IMG/VR virus record: IMGVR_UViG_3300025000_000078
Coordinates: 1-64,000 of that record
Strand: one strand, 5' to 3'
From: a virus
Length of the DNA stretch: 64,000 nucleotides
Under the pieces are notes generated by a model. It saw nothing but the letters and a program-made list of their open reading frames with translations. It was not told the origin of the DNA and made no database searches. Both the position numbers and the translations under genes were made by a program. Below are positions 20,905 to 31,799 of this stretch, in pieces. Within the stretch, counting starts at the first letter, position 1; each line of letters opens with the position of its first letter.

Positions 20905-22677
20905 CTAAGTTGCTAATGCACCTCCAGCAAGGAAACCATACCATCTAGTACCACCATTTACAGTAACTAGTGTTAAGATATAAGTACTATTAATTGTACT
21001 GATATCAGGTATAGTATCAGAAGGCCATTTTACAGAAGCTGGCCATGTGACTGCTTGTGCAGTTGCACCCTGATGAATAATTAAAGTAAGACTACACGCT
21101 TCTCCGGTTGTAGCAGGGTTTGAAAATACTAAAGTAGTTGCCCCAGTCAAGGTTAATTCATGTATATTACCTAAAGCAATATCTAAAGTCACTGAACCCG
21201 TAGCATTAGAATTTGGTGCAACAACTTCAGAATAGTCTTTAATTTTAGGCTGTTGAACTTCATTACGAGCATGAGATGTATTACCAGTAAATGCACCACC
21301 AGATTTATTCATTTTATTAACATCTTCTGGTATTGCTTTCCACTCAGTATCCAATTCAGTATCACTTTTTTTAAACAATGCTTGACCAGTAGTTCCTCCA
21401 GCTGCTACTCCTGGACCTGCCGGTCCTACATCTCCAGTAAGACCTTGTATTCCTTGAGGACCTTGAGGTCCGGTAGCTCCAGCAGGTCCAACCTCACCTT
21501 GAGCACCTGTCGGTCCTACATCTCCAGTAAGACCTTGTATTCCTTGAGGACCTACATCTCCAGTATCCCCTTTAACACCTGCCGGTCCTACATCTCCAGT
21601 AAGACCTTGTATTCCTTGAGGACCTACATCTCCAGTATCCCCTTTAACACCTGCCGGTCCTACATCTCCAGTAAGACCTTGTATTCCTTGAGGACCTACA
21701 TCTCCAGTAAGACCTTGTATTCCTTGAGGACCTTGAGGTCCGGTAGCTCCAGCAGGTCCAACCTCACCTTGTACACCGGCAGGCCCAGAAGGTCCTGATA
21801 CTCCTTGTGGTCCTATTTGCCCTTGTAATCCTGTAAATTGACCATAATCTTTCCAAGTAGCACCATCGTAACCTATAATATGCAAACTCTTGTCCCCTGA
21901 TATACCAGCAGGTGTATTTTGATCAACACGTATATCACCAGCTGGGTCAACTACATAGATGTATTGATTGTTTACAGTTGATCCACTACTTTGTATAAAA
22001 GTTATGGTAGCTTCATCTAATACACCATATGATGTAGGAGCAAAATTAGTTCCATTATTACCTGGAATACCCTGGGGACCAGCCTCACCTTGTAAACCAG
22101 TAGAACCTTGGGGTCCAGTAGGTCCAATCTCACCTTGTAAACCCTGAGCACCTTGAGGACCCTGGAGACCAACCTCACCTTGTAAACCAGTAGAACCTTG
22201 TGGTCCAGTTGGCCCTTCAACTCCAACCTCACCTTGTACACCCTGAGCACCTTGAGGACCTCTTAATAAAACGGGTTCAGACCAATCACTTAAATTATCA
22301 GAATTTTTAATATATAAGTTTCCAGTAACTGAGTCTAAAAAAGTAAATCCTTTTAACTCAGCATCATATGAACCCAAATCAGCAATATCTCCAATTATAT
22401 CAAAAGTAAGCCCTTCACCATTATCACCTTTAATACCTTGAGGTCCAGTTTCTCCCTGTGGACCCCTAGTTATAAAAGTTTTATCCTGCCAGATTTCACC
22501 AGTCCACATCTGATAACCTAAACCAACAGATATAAGAGTTTCTTCAACTAGTTCTGTTGGATTATTAGTAAAATATTCATCTCGAATAATATCATCATTG
22601 AAAAAATGATTATTGTTTATATTATTAATGCGTTCTTTTTTAATTTTATTAATTTTTGCTAAAAGCAAAGGGTCCAC
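20905..22677 (-). CDS. Collagen-like (Gly-X-Y) tail fibre or whisker protein
   Basis: Several GXY tracts; C-terminal phage domain ...VTWPASVKW...TRWYG. Confidence 0.8.
   Translation of the reverse strand: MDPLLLAKINKIKKERINNINNNHFFNDDIIRDEYFTNNPTELVEETLISVGLGYQMWTGEIWQDKTFITRGPQGETGPQGIKGDNGEGLTFDIIGDIADLGSYDAELKGFTFLDSVTGNLYIKNSDNLSDWSEPVLLRGPQGAQGVQGEVGVEGPTGPQGSTGLQGEVGLQGPQGAQGLQGEIGPTGPQGSTGLQGEAGPQGIPGNNGTNFAPTSYGVLDEATITFIQSSGSTVNNQYIYVVDPAGDIRVDQNTPAGISGDKSLHIIGYDGATWKDYGQFTGLQGQIGPQGVSGPSGPAGVQGEVGPAGATGPQGPQGIQGLTGDVGPQGIQGLTGDVGPAGVKGDTGDVGPQGIQGLTGDVGPAGVKGDTGDVGPQGIQGLTGDVGPTGAQGEVGPAGATGPQGPQGIQGLTGDVGPAGPGVAAGGTTGQALFKKSDTELDTEWKAIPEDVNKMNKSGGAFTGNTSHARNEVQQPKIKDYSEVVAPNSNATGSVTLDIALGNIHELTLTGATTLVFSNPATTGEACSLTLIIHQGATAQAVTWPASVKWPSDTIPDISTINSTYILTLVTVNGGTRWYGFLAGGALAT
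21410..21790. repeat. Collagen-coding tandem DNA repeats (72-bp and 27-bp units)
   Basis: Exact repeats such as cctacatctccagtaagaccttgtattccttgagga. Confidence 0.85.
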
Positions 22678-22974
22678 TTATATCAACTCCCAACTTATAC
22701 CATTGGATACTTCTACACCATCAGCATGTGGATCAGTATCAACTGACCAATAAGTTGTACCAACAACAACACTATCTGGTGAAGGTCTATTAGCAGCTAA
22801 ACCCCTTCGATTAAGATTATCACCATTACTAACAGTCTCTAATGTACCATCAATACTATGCCTTTGGGGTATTAACAAACCTGCCTGTGTTAAAACATAT
22901 GGTATTTGTTTTAATGCTAAATCATTATTATTATCTTTAAAAAAGACTTTCTTAGGTAGACCATACATTAACAT
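22678..22974 (-). CDS. Putative virion protein; N-terminus similar to 31240-31752
   Basis: Shared LPKK..KD...Q.PY.....GLL.PQ.H. Confidence 0.6.
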   Translation of the reverse strand: MLMYGLPKKVFFKDNNNDLALKQIPYVLTQAGLLIPQRHSIDGTLETVSNGDNLNRRGLAANRPSPDSVVVGTTYWSVDTDPHADGVEVSNGISWELI

Positions 22975-23003
22975 AATAATTATTCCCCTTTCCTTTATTT
23001 TAT

Positions 23004-24170
23004 TTATATGTTGTTTTTTTGAATGCTTGCAACAAAAAAAGTAAATAAAGCTCTTCTAAAATTATTTATAGTAGCCAATCTTTGTGTTTTCTTATATGTT
23101 CCTAGTTCTTCTAACCAACCATCCAGAACTTTTTTAATTTTAATAATATTCTTATCAGATGTGTTAGATTTCTTATATAATTCTAAGCAATATACTAAAA
23201 ACTCATTACTACCTATTTGTTGAATAGTATTATGTGAATCGAATAAAAATAAAAATAATATACTATCAACAATAGTTCTTATTTCTTCCCTTTTTTCTTG
23301 CACTAATAAAGTTTCTATATAATTTCTTAATTCACTTACACTAACTTGACATAATTTAGCTGATAATGTAATTGAATTTATATTAGGACCATTTACTATT
23401 AATTTAAGAACTACTGCATTGGTAATTCTTTCTATAGCATAAATGTTACTATCAGATTCATGATAATTACCTTCTTCAAAACTGTCACTTTCTAAATTCA
23501 TATATTTTTTATCATTATGATTATCATAAAACTCATTAGCGATCTTTCTCATTAACATATTCAAACGAGTTTTTATAGCCTGAACATAATCAACTATTTC
23601 TTTATCACTACCATGAATTAATTCATCAGTATACTTTCTATCACTAACAAATGATGTATCTATTAATGCATTATGAATAGTACCAGTTTGCTTGATTTTA
23701 AATTTATTAGATAAGTTGTTGATGGTATAATTCATAATATTTTCATTAGGTTCAAATTCAAAATATTTATGATGTAAAGATGGATACATTGATAATGTTA
23801 AATATATTAAAACTATGTCTGCCATATCATTCATTTTTTTTATTTTAAAATACCTAATAGCTAAACAACATGCTGAATTAAATGGATTATTCATTATTTG
23901 CCACTGAGTTTTAATTGTAGGTGAATTTTTAATAATTTCTTTAATTTTTAAAGGTTCAACCTCAATTGCTTTATACATTTCATTCATATCATCTTCTGAA
24001 AATATAGTTCTATGAATAGGACCAATAGTAGATAATTTATTACTATTTATATCTATATATCTTCCAACTGCTTTTTTTAAATTTAAAACATTTTCTTTTT
24101 TCGATAATCCTTTTTCTATTAAAGGATATAGTTGGGTAATTAGTACTTTATCATTAGGCAAATTTATCAC
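23004..24170 (-). CDS. Hypothetical, probably virion structural protein
   Basis: 388-aa ORF heading the fibre operon; AACA-N6-TA at 24192-24203. Confidence 0.6.
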   Translation of the reverse strand: MINLPNDKVLITQLYPLIEKGLSKKENVLNLKKAVGRYIDINSNKLSTIGPIHRTIFSEDDMNEMYKAIEVEPLKIKEIIKNSPTIKTQWQIMNNPFNSACCLAIRYFKIKKMNDMADIVLIYLTLSMYPSLHHKYFEFEPNENIMNYTINNLSNKFKIKQTGTIHNALIDTSFVSDRKYTDELIHGSDKEIVDYVQAIKTRLNMLMRKIANEFYDNHNDKKYMNLESDSFEEGNYHESDSNIYAIERITNAVVLKLIVNGPNINSITLSAKLCQVSVSELRNYIETLLVQEKREEIRTIVDSILFLFLFDSHNTIQQIGSNEFLVYCLELYKKSNTSDKNIIKIKKVLDGWLEELGTYKKTQRLATINNFRRALFTFFVASIQKNNI

Positions 24171-24191
24171 AACCTTTTATATTTTTATCGT

Positions 24192-24219
24192 TATTATTAT
24201 GTTAAAGAACAAAGTTATA
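24192..24219. promoter_or_regulatory. Back-to-back AACA-N6-TA promoters
   Basis: Minus strand 24192-24203, plus strand 24208-24219. Confidence 0.6.
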
Positions 24220-24251
24220 ATAGGAAAAAGAAAGAGTGGTGTATATAAAAC

Positions 24252-25442
24252 ATGAGTGTTTTATTATGTAATAAAAGTATTAAACAATTTATACCTGTTA
24301 AAGAAACTTATTATGGTAAATCTAAAGAATTTATTAAGATTGAAAATGAATTAAAAAAAATAATAGACATAGTAAAACAGGAAGAAAATAAAAGTATATT
24401 CACAGCTAGAACTGATTTAGATAATTCTAGTGCTAATAAAAATATAGAGAAAATACTTACCGATTTTTTTAAAGTTAAATATATTAGAATTAATTGGTCT
24501 GATAATTCACCCAATGCTTATACTAGAGTGACATCATTACCATTAATGTATTTAACTAATAATAAAAATTTAAAAGAAAATAAAAAATTTATAAATAATG
24601 AATTAAAAATTTATATTTTTTTAACAACAACATTAATTAGTTTTTGTGATTTAGATGAAAAAGAAATATTAGCAATTATTCTACATGAAATAGGACACAA
24701 TTTTACAATAACACCTTTTTATCTTATGTCATTATTACCTCTATTAGTTATAGCTCCATTTTCTTATTTTTTTTTACCCTCTTTACAAATTGCTTTATCT
24801 GAATTTACAATATTTACAAATAATTTATTTAAAAATTTTTTACCATCACTATATAATATGACATCATCAATAAGAAAATTTTTAAACAATACGTCTGGAT
24901 TGAGAATAGTATCCCCTAATGAATTAATGACATTGATTATATTAATTCCAAGTTATTTATTTCAAATGGGTACAGGATATTATGAAGAAAAATTTTCAGA
25001 TACATTTGCAGCTTCCTTTGGATATGGTAAAGATTTATCATCAGCTTTATATAAGTTAACTAATCAAAAAAAATCACTATATAATAAAATTATAGTAGAA
25101 ACTCCTATTATAAATTTAGTTGCTGATTTTTATAAAATTATGATTGATTGTGTTATATCTTTTATAGATCCGCATCCAAATGTTCAAACAAGAATTGTTG
25201 TAATGATAGATAAACTAAAAAGAGACTTAGATGACCCTAATATACCTAAAGATTTAAAAATAGAATTAAAAAATAATATTAAATATATTGAAGAATATTA
25301 TAATAAATTTTATTTAAATGATCCATATACTAAAAAACATAAAATATTTACTCAAATGACATTAGAATTATATGATAAAATATTAGGAACTAAAGATTGG
25401 CGAGCTGGAATGAGTAGTTTATTTAAAAATTATGAAGCTTAA
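24252..25442 (+). CDS. Zincin (M48-like) metallopeptidase
   Basis: EILAIILHEIGH, EKFSDTFAASFGYG, HP...R motifs. Confidence 0.8.
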   Translation: MSVLLCNKSIKQFIPVKETYYGKSKEFIKIENELKKIIDIVKQEENKSIFTARTDLDNSSANKNIEKILTDFFKVKYIRINWSDNSPNAYTRVTSLPLMYLTNNKNLKENKKFINNELKIYIFLTTTLISFCDLDEKEILAIILHEIGHNFTITPFYLMSLLPLLVIAPFSYFFLPSLQIALSEFTIFTNNLFKNFLPSLYNMTSSIRKFLNNTSGLRIVSPNELMTLIILIPSYLFQMGTGYYEEKFSDTFAASFGYGKDLSSALYKLTNQKKSLYNKIIVETPIINLVADFYKIMIDCVISFIDPHPNVQTRIVVMIDKLKRDLDDPNIPKDLKIELKNNIKYIEEYYNKFYLNDPYTKKHKIFTQMTLELYDKILGTKDWRAGMSSLFKNYEA

Positions 25443-25547
25443 CAAAAAAAATAAAACCATGTCATAAATAAATAGATATAGTTTTATTTTTTATATATTA
25501 AATTTATGATAATAAACTATCACAATTATATCTATTATATACAAATA

Positions 25548-25880
25548 TTATTGAATTATAAAATTAATAATATAGTCTATTATATCATTATAGTTATCAC
25601 ACTTAAAAAGCATTTTACTATCCCAAAATTCATTTGAATATCCAAAAGATACATGTTCATATTTATTACTTTTATAAACGACTACATCATCACTAATACT
25701 ATGTTCTGAAAATGCAACCGTTTTAACTTCCCCATTGTCCAACCATTGAATAATTCTATATCCCTGCTCCCTATAATTCTCAAATGCTTCTAATGTTAAA
25801 TCAATTTTTTTTAATCTATTTTCCACTAACAATAAATTTTTAATATTTTCTGCAACTTTCATTTTACTTAATTTTAACAT
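25548..25880 (-). CDS. Hypothetical protein
   Basis: ORF with AGGAGG RBS. Confidence 0.6.
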   Translation of the reverse strand: MLKLSKMKVAENIKNLLLVENRLKKIDLTLEAFENYREQGYRIIQWLDNGEVKTVAFSEHSISDDVVVYKSNKYEHVSFGYSNEFWDSKMLFKCDNYNDIIDYIINFIIQ

Positions 25881-25986
25881 TTATAACCCTCCTTTAAATT
25901 TATTTATCTATTTAAATGATATATATTTGAATATTTATATAATACTAAAAAAATAAAGTTATGTGTATTATCACATAACTTTATTT

Positions 25987-26250
25987 TTATAATTCATAAA
26001 TAGGAATAAATACTAACCACCATCCACCACCAGTGATTGATTTTTCACCAACCACAGATTTTGTGGTTTTAACATAGATTAATTCTAACTTAAAACCACA
26101 TTCCTTTATTTTTTCAACAACTTCATTTTCTGTCATTTTTTCATCTATTTCTTTACATAATTTATATATAAAACAATCAGAAGTGTTACATGAATCTTGG
26201 AATTGACGACAGGATCTACTAATACAAGTATTAATAGTATTTAAAAACAT
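25987..26250 (-). CDS. Small Cys-rich protein
   Basis: C-x6-C-x4-C-x5-C pattern, also in 56178-56435. Confidence 0.55.
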   Translation of the reverse strand: MFLNTINTCISRSCRQFQDSCNTSDCFIYKLCKEIDEKMTENEVVEKIKECGFKLELIYVKTTKSVVGEKSITGGGWWLVFIPIYEL

Positions 26251-26276
26251 AAATAAAAACCCCCCTGTGTATATAT

Positions 26277-26726
26277 TTATTGTTTTATAAATCTTATAAA
26301 AGATTCAATAAACTCCTTAGACATTAATATTCTGTATATTCCGTTTATAGTAATAAATGTATTCTCATTAACATCAAACCAACAGCCACGTATACTTGTA
26401 CCCCAATTAATCCAATCATTCATATGTAAAATATTACATACAATAATAAACTTTTTGTAATTATCTTTATTTTCAGTATATTCAAAATTTTTTTTATTAT
26501 AAATAACCTCAATGATATTAAATATATCTCTACCAAATTCAATATCCAAATCTAAATCATATGTTACTAAATCAAATATAGAACTAGCTAAAAATGCAAA
26601 TTTTTTATCTTGATTAGATATATTTTCATCAAATTTTTCTTGTTCTTGTTCATCACCCCAACTTTCTTTTTCACATTGATACCAATCACTATATAATTTT
26701 TGAATTATTTCCATCATATTAAACAC
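26277..26726 (-). CDS. Hypothetical protein
   Basis: 149-aa ORF, INWGTSIRGCW motif. Confidence 0.6.
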   Translation of the reverse strand: MFNMMEIIQKLYSDWYQCEKESWGDEQEQEKFDENISNQDKKFAFLASSIFDLVTYDLDLDIEFGRDIFNIIEVIYNKKNFEYTENKDNYKKFIIVCNILHMNDWINWGTSIRGCWFDVNENTFITINGIYRILMSKEFIESFIRFIKQ

Positions 26727-26789
26727 CCCTTTTCCTTAATAAAAATAAAGGTTATGTTGATTATTTCACATAACCCTTTATTTTATAAT

Positions 26790-27245
26790 TTAAAAATTAT
26801 ACATTTTATCAAAATCTTCATCCATGTCTCTTGCAACATCCTTCCAATATTCTTTTGAATATTCTTCATTACTTTTCTTTTCATATTTCAATCGATTCTG
26901 TTCTTTTCTTGTTATATTTTTTACTTTTACAAATATCATATCACCTTCACCATTAACTTTTACCTTTATTTCCGAATTGGTTTCCCATTCAAATTTATCA
27001 CCTTCATAAAATACTATTCCGTAAGAACCACCATAAGTAACAAGTATTAGTGGTCTCTTTTTATTCGAATATAACTTACTATTTATTAAATGGTGTTTTG
27101 ATACCTTCGCCGGTAATTCATTTCCTAAAAACACTTTTTTTCCATTATAAACCTTATATCTAGCAAAATATGATACTTCAATTACACTTCTTAATGCATT
27201 TAAAACAGAATTTAAGGTTAGTATATTTAATGTTAATTTATTCAT
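26790..27245 (-). CDS. Hypothetical protein
   Basis: 151-aa ORF, AGGAGG RBS, early-type motif at 27321-27330. Confidence 0.6.
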   Translation of the reverse strand: MNKLTLNILTLNSVLNALRSVIEVSYFARYKVYNGKKVFLGNELPAKVSKHHLINSKLYSNKKRPLILVTYGGSYGIVFYEGDKFEWETNSEIKVKVNGEGDMIFVKVKNITRKEQNRLKYEKKSNEEYSKEYWKDVARDMDEDFDKMYNF

Positions 27246-27392
27246 ATTAAAACCTCCTTAAAACCCAATAAGTATATTTATTTCCCCTTTATTGGTGGGA
27301 ATAATATTTAATCTATTATAATAATATATATTTATTATTAATAAAAATACTAAAATAAAATACTAGTAATATACTAGTATTTTATTTATAAT

Positions 27393-27865
27393 TTAAGTTC
27401 TTTTATATATAGTTATAAAAGGTGTTGTCTGATAAGCCATAGCTAAATAATTACCATCTGGTGAAAAAGAACATCCTCTACCAATACCTGTAGGTAATAT
27501 ACTAGGATCAGATAATTTAGTAAATGTATCACCACTTCTTTTATATATAGTTATAAAAGGTGATGTATCACACGCTACAGCTAAATAATTATTATCTAGT
27601 GAGAAATAACAATCAAAACCAGTATATGGAGGTAATATACTTGGATCAGTTAATTTAGTAAAAGTATCACCATTTCTTTTATATATAGTTATATAAGGTG
27701 ATGTACCATGTCCTATAGCTAGATAATTATTATCTGGTGAGAAAGAACAACTATAAGCAGTACCTGTAGGTAATATATCTGGATCAGATAATTTGGTAGA
27801 TGTATCACCCCTCCATTATTAATAATATTTTTAAAACTACTCATTATCATTAAATTAATTAACAT
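27393..27865 (-). pseudogene. Frameshifted three-blade copy of the adjacent beta-propeller gene
   Basis: Similar N-terminus (MLINLMIMSSF), then out of frame at about 27810; three 46-aa blades open in another frame to TAA at 27393; flanks also duplicated. Confidence 0.8.
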
Positions 27866-27991
27866 ATTTATCAACCTTTCTTTTTAAGTATTTTATACTA
27901 ATGTTGAAAGTATAGATATGGATGAATATACTTATTATTAATATAAATACTAAAATAAAATACTAGTATATACTAGTATTTTATTAATAAG

Positions 27992-29008
27992 TTAACCTCT
28001 TTTATATATAGTTATATAAGGTGATGTATCATGCGCTACAGCTAAATAATTACCATCTGGTGAGAAAGAACAACCATAACCATTACCTGTAGGTAATATA
28101 CTTGGATTAGATAATTTAGTAAAGGTATCACCATTTCTTTTATATATAATTATATAAGGTGTTGTGTAATGTGCTACAGCTAAATAATTACCATCTGGTG
28201 AGAAATAACAACCTCTACCAGTACTTGTAGGTAATATACTTGGATTATCTAATTTAGTAAATGTATCTCCACTTCTTTTATATATAGTTATATTAGGTGT
28301 TGTGTAATGTGCTACAACTAAATAATTATTATCTGGTGAGAAAGAACAACCATAAGCACCACCTGTAGGTAATATACTAGGATTAGATAATTTAGTAAAT
28401 GTATCTCCACTTCTTTTATATATAGTAATATAAGGTGATGTATTATGTGATACAGCTAAATAATTATTATCTAATGAAAAAGAACAACCTGTACTATAAT
28501 TTGTAGGTAATATACTAGGATCAGGTAATTTAGTAAATGTATCACCACTTCTTTTATATATAGTTATATAAGGTGATGTATTATGTGATACAGCTAAATA
28601 ATTACCATCTGGTGAGAAATAACACCCATAACCATTACCTGTAGGTAATGTACCAGGATTATCTAATTTAGTAAATGTATCTCCACTTCTTTTATATATA
28701 GTTATATAAGGTGATGTATCATGTGCTACAGCTAAATAATTATTATCTGGTGAGAAAGAACATCCATAACCAGTACCTGTAGGTAATATACTAGGATTAG
28801 GTAATTTAGTAAAGGTATCACCTTCCCTTTTATATATAGTTATATAAGGTGAAGAACTATGTGCTACAGCTAAATAATTATTATCTGGTGAGAAATAACA
28901 ACCATAACTAATACCTGTGGGTAATATATTAGATTCATCTAATTTAGTTAATATACTATTATTATTATTATTATTAAAACTACTCATTAACATTAAGTTA
29001 CTTAACAT
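27992..29008 (-). CDS. Seven-bladed WD40-like beta-propeller (putative adhesin); likely start at 29008
   Basis: 7 x 46-aa (138-bp) near-identical repeats TKLxxPSILPT..GCxFSPDxNYLAVAH..PYITIYKR. Confidence 0.8.
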   Translation of the reverse strand: MLSNLMLMSSFNNNNNNSILTKLDESNILPTGISYGCYFSPDNNYLAVAHSSSPYITIYKREGDTFTKLPNPSILPTGTGYGCSFSPDNNYLAVAHDTSPYITIYKRSGDTFTKLDNPGTLPTGNGYGCYFSPDGNYLAVSHNTSPYITIYKRSGDTFTKLPDPSILPTNYSTGCSFSLDNNYLAVSHNTSPYITIYKRSGDTFTKLSNPSILPTGGAYGCSFSPDNNYLVVAHYTTPNITIYKRSGDTFTKLDNPSILPTSTGRGCYFSPDGNYLAVAHYTTPYIIIYKRNGDTFTKLSNPSILPTGNGYGCSFSPDGNYLAVAHDTSPYITIYKRG

Positions 29009-29142
29009 AATAATCAACCTTTCTTTATAAGTATTTTATATCAATGTTGAAAATATATAAAATATTTATACTTTAAACTATAATAAATAAAAATTTATAG
29101 ATAAGGTAATTCTCTCTCACCTTATCTATAAATTTAAATAAT

Positions 29143-29454
29143 TTAGTTTATATATAGAATAAAATTAATTAGTACATGTAAAGTTTGATCAATGAATAAA
29201 TAAACTCTTGGATTCTTATGTCCATTTCTAGCTTTATCATAATCTATAATCATATGAGTAATAAATAAAACTAAAACTTTCCATACTGTATAAACACCTA
29301 AAATTTTAAAACATAAAGAAATTGTTAAAGCATATATTATACTATGTGCTAAAAGACTAGAAAAATATTTACCTTTAGTTTCTGCAAGAAATGGACCTTG
29401 TAAAGGATAATCTGCAAGATAATGTGCAAATAAAACCCATAATAAATTTTCCAT
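29143..29454 (-). CDS. DUF3307-like membrane protein
   Basis: AHYLADYPLQ, H...Y, THMIID, DQTLH motifs. Confidence 0.7.
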   Translation of the reverse strand: MENLLWVLFAHYLADYPLQGPFLAETKGKYFSSLLAHSIIYALTISLCFKILGVYTVWKVLVLFITHMIIDYDKARNGHKNPRVYLFIDQTLHVLINFILYIN

Positions 29455-29508
29455 AATTATTTAATTTTCCCTCTTTTACTATTATATGGATAAATTACCC
29501 ATATTAAT

Positions 29509-29922
29509 TTAATGAAAAAAATCTTGAAGTAATTCTTTTAATTGTTCTATAGAAATATAAATTATTTTTTGTACAGAATTATTTTTATTAGATATATTAT
29601 TTTCATCTTTTTTTAAATAATCTTCATAATTAATTAAAAACTCATCTATCCATTTTAATAATAATTCATGAGATATTTGTCCATTATGTTCAGGATGTTT
29701 CTTACATGATAAAGTATTTAAAAATTTTCTCATATTTTCATGATATGAATCAAGAATAAATTTTTTTTCACGACATTCTCGAAGTGTTCTATAATACACA
29801 GTTTTATTAGTAATATTCATATTATCACATATAATAATTCTAATATCACTAAGTTTTCTATTTTTATTTTTTAATCCATTATAAAGATTAGAAAACTCAA
29901 TGAGTTTACTTAAATCACACAT
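29509..29922 (-). CDS. Hypothetical protein
   Basis: 137-aa ORF with GGAGG RBS. Confidence 0.55.
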   Translation of the reverse strand: MCDLSKLIEFSNLYNGLKNKNRKLSDIRIIICDNMNITNKTVYYRTLRECREKKFILDSYHENMRKFLNTLSCKKHPEHNGQISHELLLKWIDEFLINYEDYLKKDENNISNKNNSVQKIIYISIEQLKELLQDFFH

Positions 29923-30079
29923 ATTTTTTAAACACCTCCAAATAATTCAATTATTAACTAATTGTTTAATTAACTGTAAAAAATTAATTTTATTACTAAA
30001 TAAGTAAATTCTTTTTACTTAAACATTTTTTAAATAAACAATTAAATAAAAAATACTTATCTAAAAGGAGGAGAATTAA

Positions 30080-30415
30080 ATGATAACTAAACCAAAAGGT
30101 ATGTATCAAGGTCAACCTGGTATCTTAGAAACAACGTTATATACTGTTCCAGAAGGAAATACAATGGTATTAAAAGAAATTATTATTACGAATACATCAG
30201 CATTGGCTGCTACAATATCATTATCTGTAGTTCCTGCTGGTAATGTCGCCGGAGTTACTAACCGTATAAAAGTTGCTGAAGAAATAGCAGCTAATAAATC
30301 TGAAACATTTGAAGTTGAAATCCCAATGAAGGTTGGAGATTTTATCAGTGGGTTACAAGGAACTGCTGATTCAATAACTTTAACTATTTCAGGTGAAGAA
30401 ATTTTAACATATTAA
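30080..30415 (+). CDS. Putative virion protein (paralogue of 30883-31215)
   Basis: Shared YTVP...TNRI...PMxVGDFISGLQGT. Confidence 0.65.
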   Translation: MITKPKGMYQGQPGILETTLYTVPEGNTMVLKEIIITNTSALAATISLSVVPAGNVAGVTNRIKVAEEIAANKSETFEVEIPMKVGDFISGLQGTADSITLTISGEEILTY

Positions 30416-30532
30416 AAATATTTTTTCATTATTATCATATAATTTATATGATAATAATGAAAAAAAATACTATTTATCTAATTTAATAAAACAAATATTT
30501 AAATAAAATATTATAATCTATTAAAAAAGGAT

Positions 30533-30883
30533 GTGATATATTTAATGAGTTATTTAGTTATAAATCAAACTGACATTGTGGTTAATTGGGAAAATGTCGA
30601 TCCTGTTTTACCCACTTCCACTATTGGAATACAGGTTGATGGTAATAATGTTAAACTTCGAATAGGAAATGGTGTTGATAAGTTTAGTGAATTAAATGTA
30701 ATGTGGTCTGGTACTAATTTAGATTTTCAAAATAGTTTTAAAAAAATAAGTCAAAGTGTACAAAATGTAATAGAAACAAATATATCCATTGATGCTGCAA
30801 TAAAAAATGTTACTGATATTTCTACACAGAAAACTTCTTTTAATGAATATAAAATAAGACAAATAATGGGGGTTGAATTATAA
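30533..30883 (+). CDS. Putative tail-fibre-related protein
   Basis: NWENVDPVL...KLRIGNGV resembles the N-terminus of 48177-50093. Confidence 0.55.
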   Translation: MIYLMSYLVINQTDIVVNWENVDPVLPTSTIGIQVDGNNVKLRIGNGVDKFSELNVMWSGTNLDFQNSFKKISQSVQNVIETNISIDAAIKNVTDISTQKTSFNEYKIRQIMGVEL

Positions 30884-31215
30884 TGGCGACTACACCTAAA
30901 GTTTTATACAGAAATTTAATAGGTACAATAGAAGAAAGTGTTTACACTGTTCCAGCTGATACTACAACTATTATAACTGGAATTGTTGTATGTAATAATA
31001 CCGCTTCAACGGCTACTTTAACACTATCAGTGGTACCTAATGAGGAAGTAGCTGACACTACAAATCGTATAATGAACACTGAAGAATTAGATGGTAATCA
31101 ATCTGCAAGTATTAAATACAATTTACCTATGCAAGTAGGAGATTTTATCAGTGGGCTACAAGGAACTGAAAATGCTTTAACTGTAACTATTTATGGTATT
31201 GAAATAACTGAATAA
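30883..31215 (+). CDS. Putative virion protein (paralogue of 30080-30415)
   Basis: Shared motifs with 30080-30415. Confidence 0.65.
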   Translation: MATTPKVLYRNLIGTIEESVYTVPADTTTIITGIVVCNNTASTATLTLSVVPNEEVADTTNRIMNTEELDGNQSASIKYNLPMQVGDFISGLQGTENALTVTIYGIEITE

Positions 31216-31239
31216 TTAATAAATGGTCTACAGGAGGAG

Positions 31240-31752
31240 ATGATAAATTTGTTAAATAAAAATTTACCTAAGAAATTATTATATAAAGATGCAAATGGTA
31301 ATACTGCTATAATGCAAGTACCATATGCAATGTTACCTTCTGGTCTATTACTACCTCAAAAACATGATAGGGAAGGTATACTGATTAATCAACCATATGG
31401 TAATAATACTGAGTTACTACCAGAGGTTACAATTACTTGGGATGGTATAAAATTATTTGATTCAGTTGAAATACCAGTAACATTAAAGGATAGTATTATG
31501 ATAAGTATTGACAATAGCGATACAGCATCAGAATTAACTGCTACTTTAGAGGTTGAGTTTACAGAAAATGAGTGGCGACAATTGTATGATACTACTGGTA
31601 CGGCTGTTTCATTTACTGTAGGTGCTAATAAGAAATTTATTTACGGTCCGTTCCAAAAATTCCCTCGATATTTAAACGGTAGAATTGTACTAACATCTGC
31701 TGTTGAACCAACTGATACTAAATTAACCAAAGTACAAGTTCAAGAAGTATAA
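31240..31752 (+). CDS. Putative virion protein
   Basis: N-terminus similar to 22678-22974. Confidence 0.6.
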   Translation: MINLLNKNLPKKLLYKDANGNTAIMQVPYAMLPSGLLLPQKHDREGILINQPYGNNTELLPEVTITWDGIKLFDSVEIPVTLKDSIMISIDNSDTASELTATLEVEFTENEWRQLYDTTGTAVSFTVGANKKFIYGPFQKFPRYLNGRIVLTSAVEPTDTKLTKVQVQEV

Positions 31753-31799
31753 AAAAATAAAATATTCATATGATATAAATATATCATATGAATATTTTT

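Noticed and set aside
21253-21798. 181-aa plus-strand repetitive ORF
   Set aside because: Antisense shadow of the collagen repeats
27393-29017. Diversity-generating retroelement (TR/VR pair)
   Set aside because: No reverse transcriptase in the window, and the differences do not appear confined to adenines
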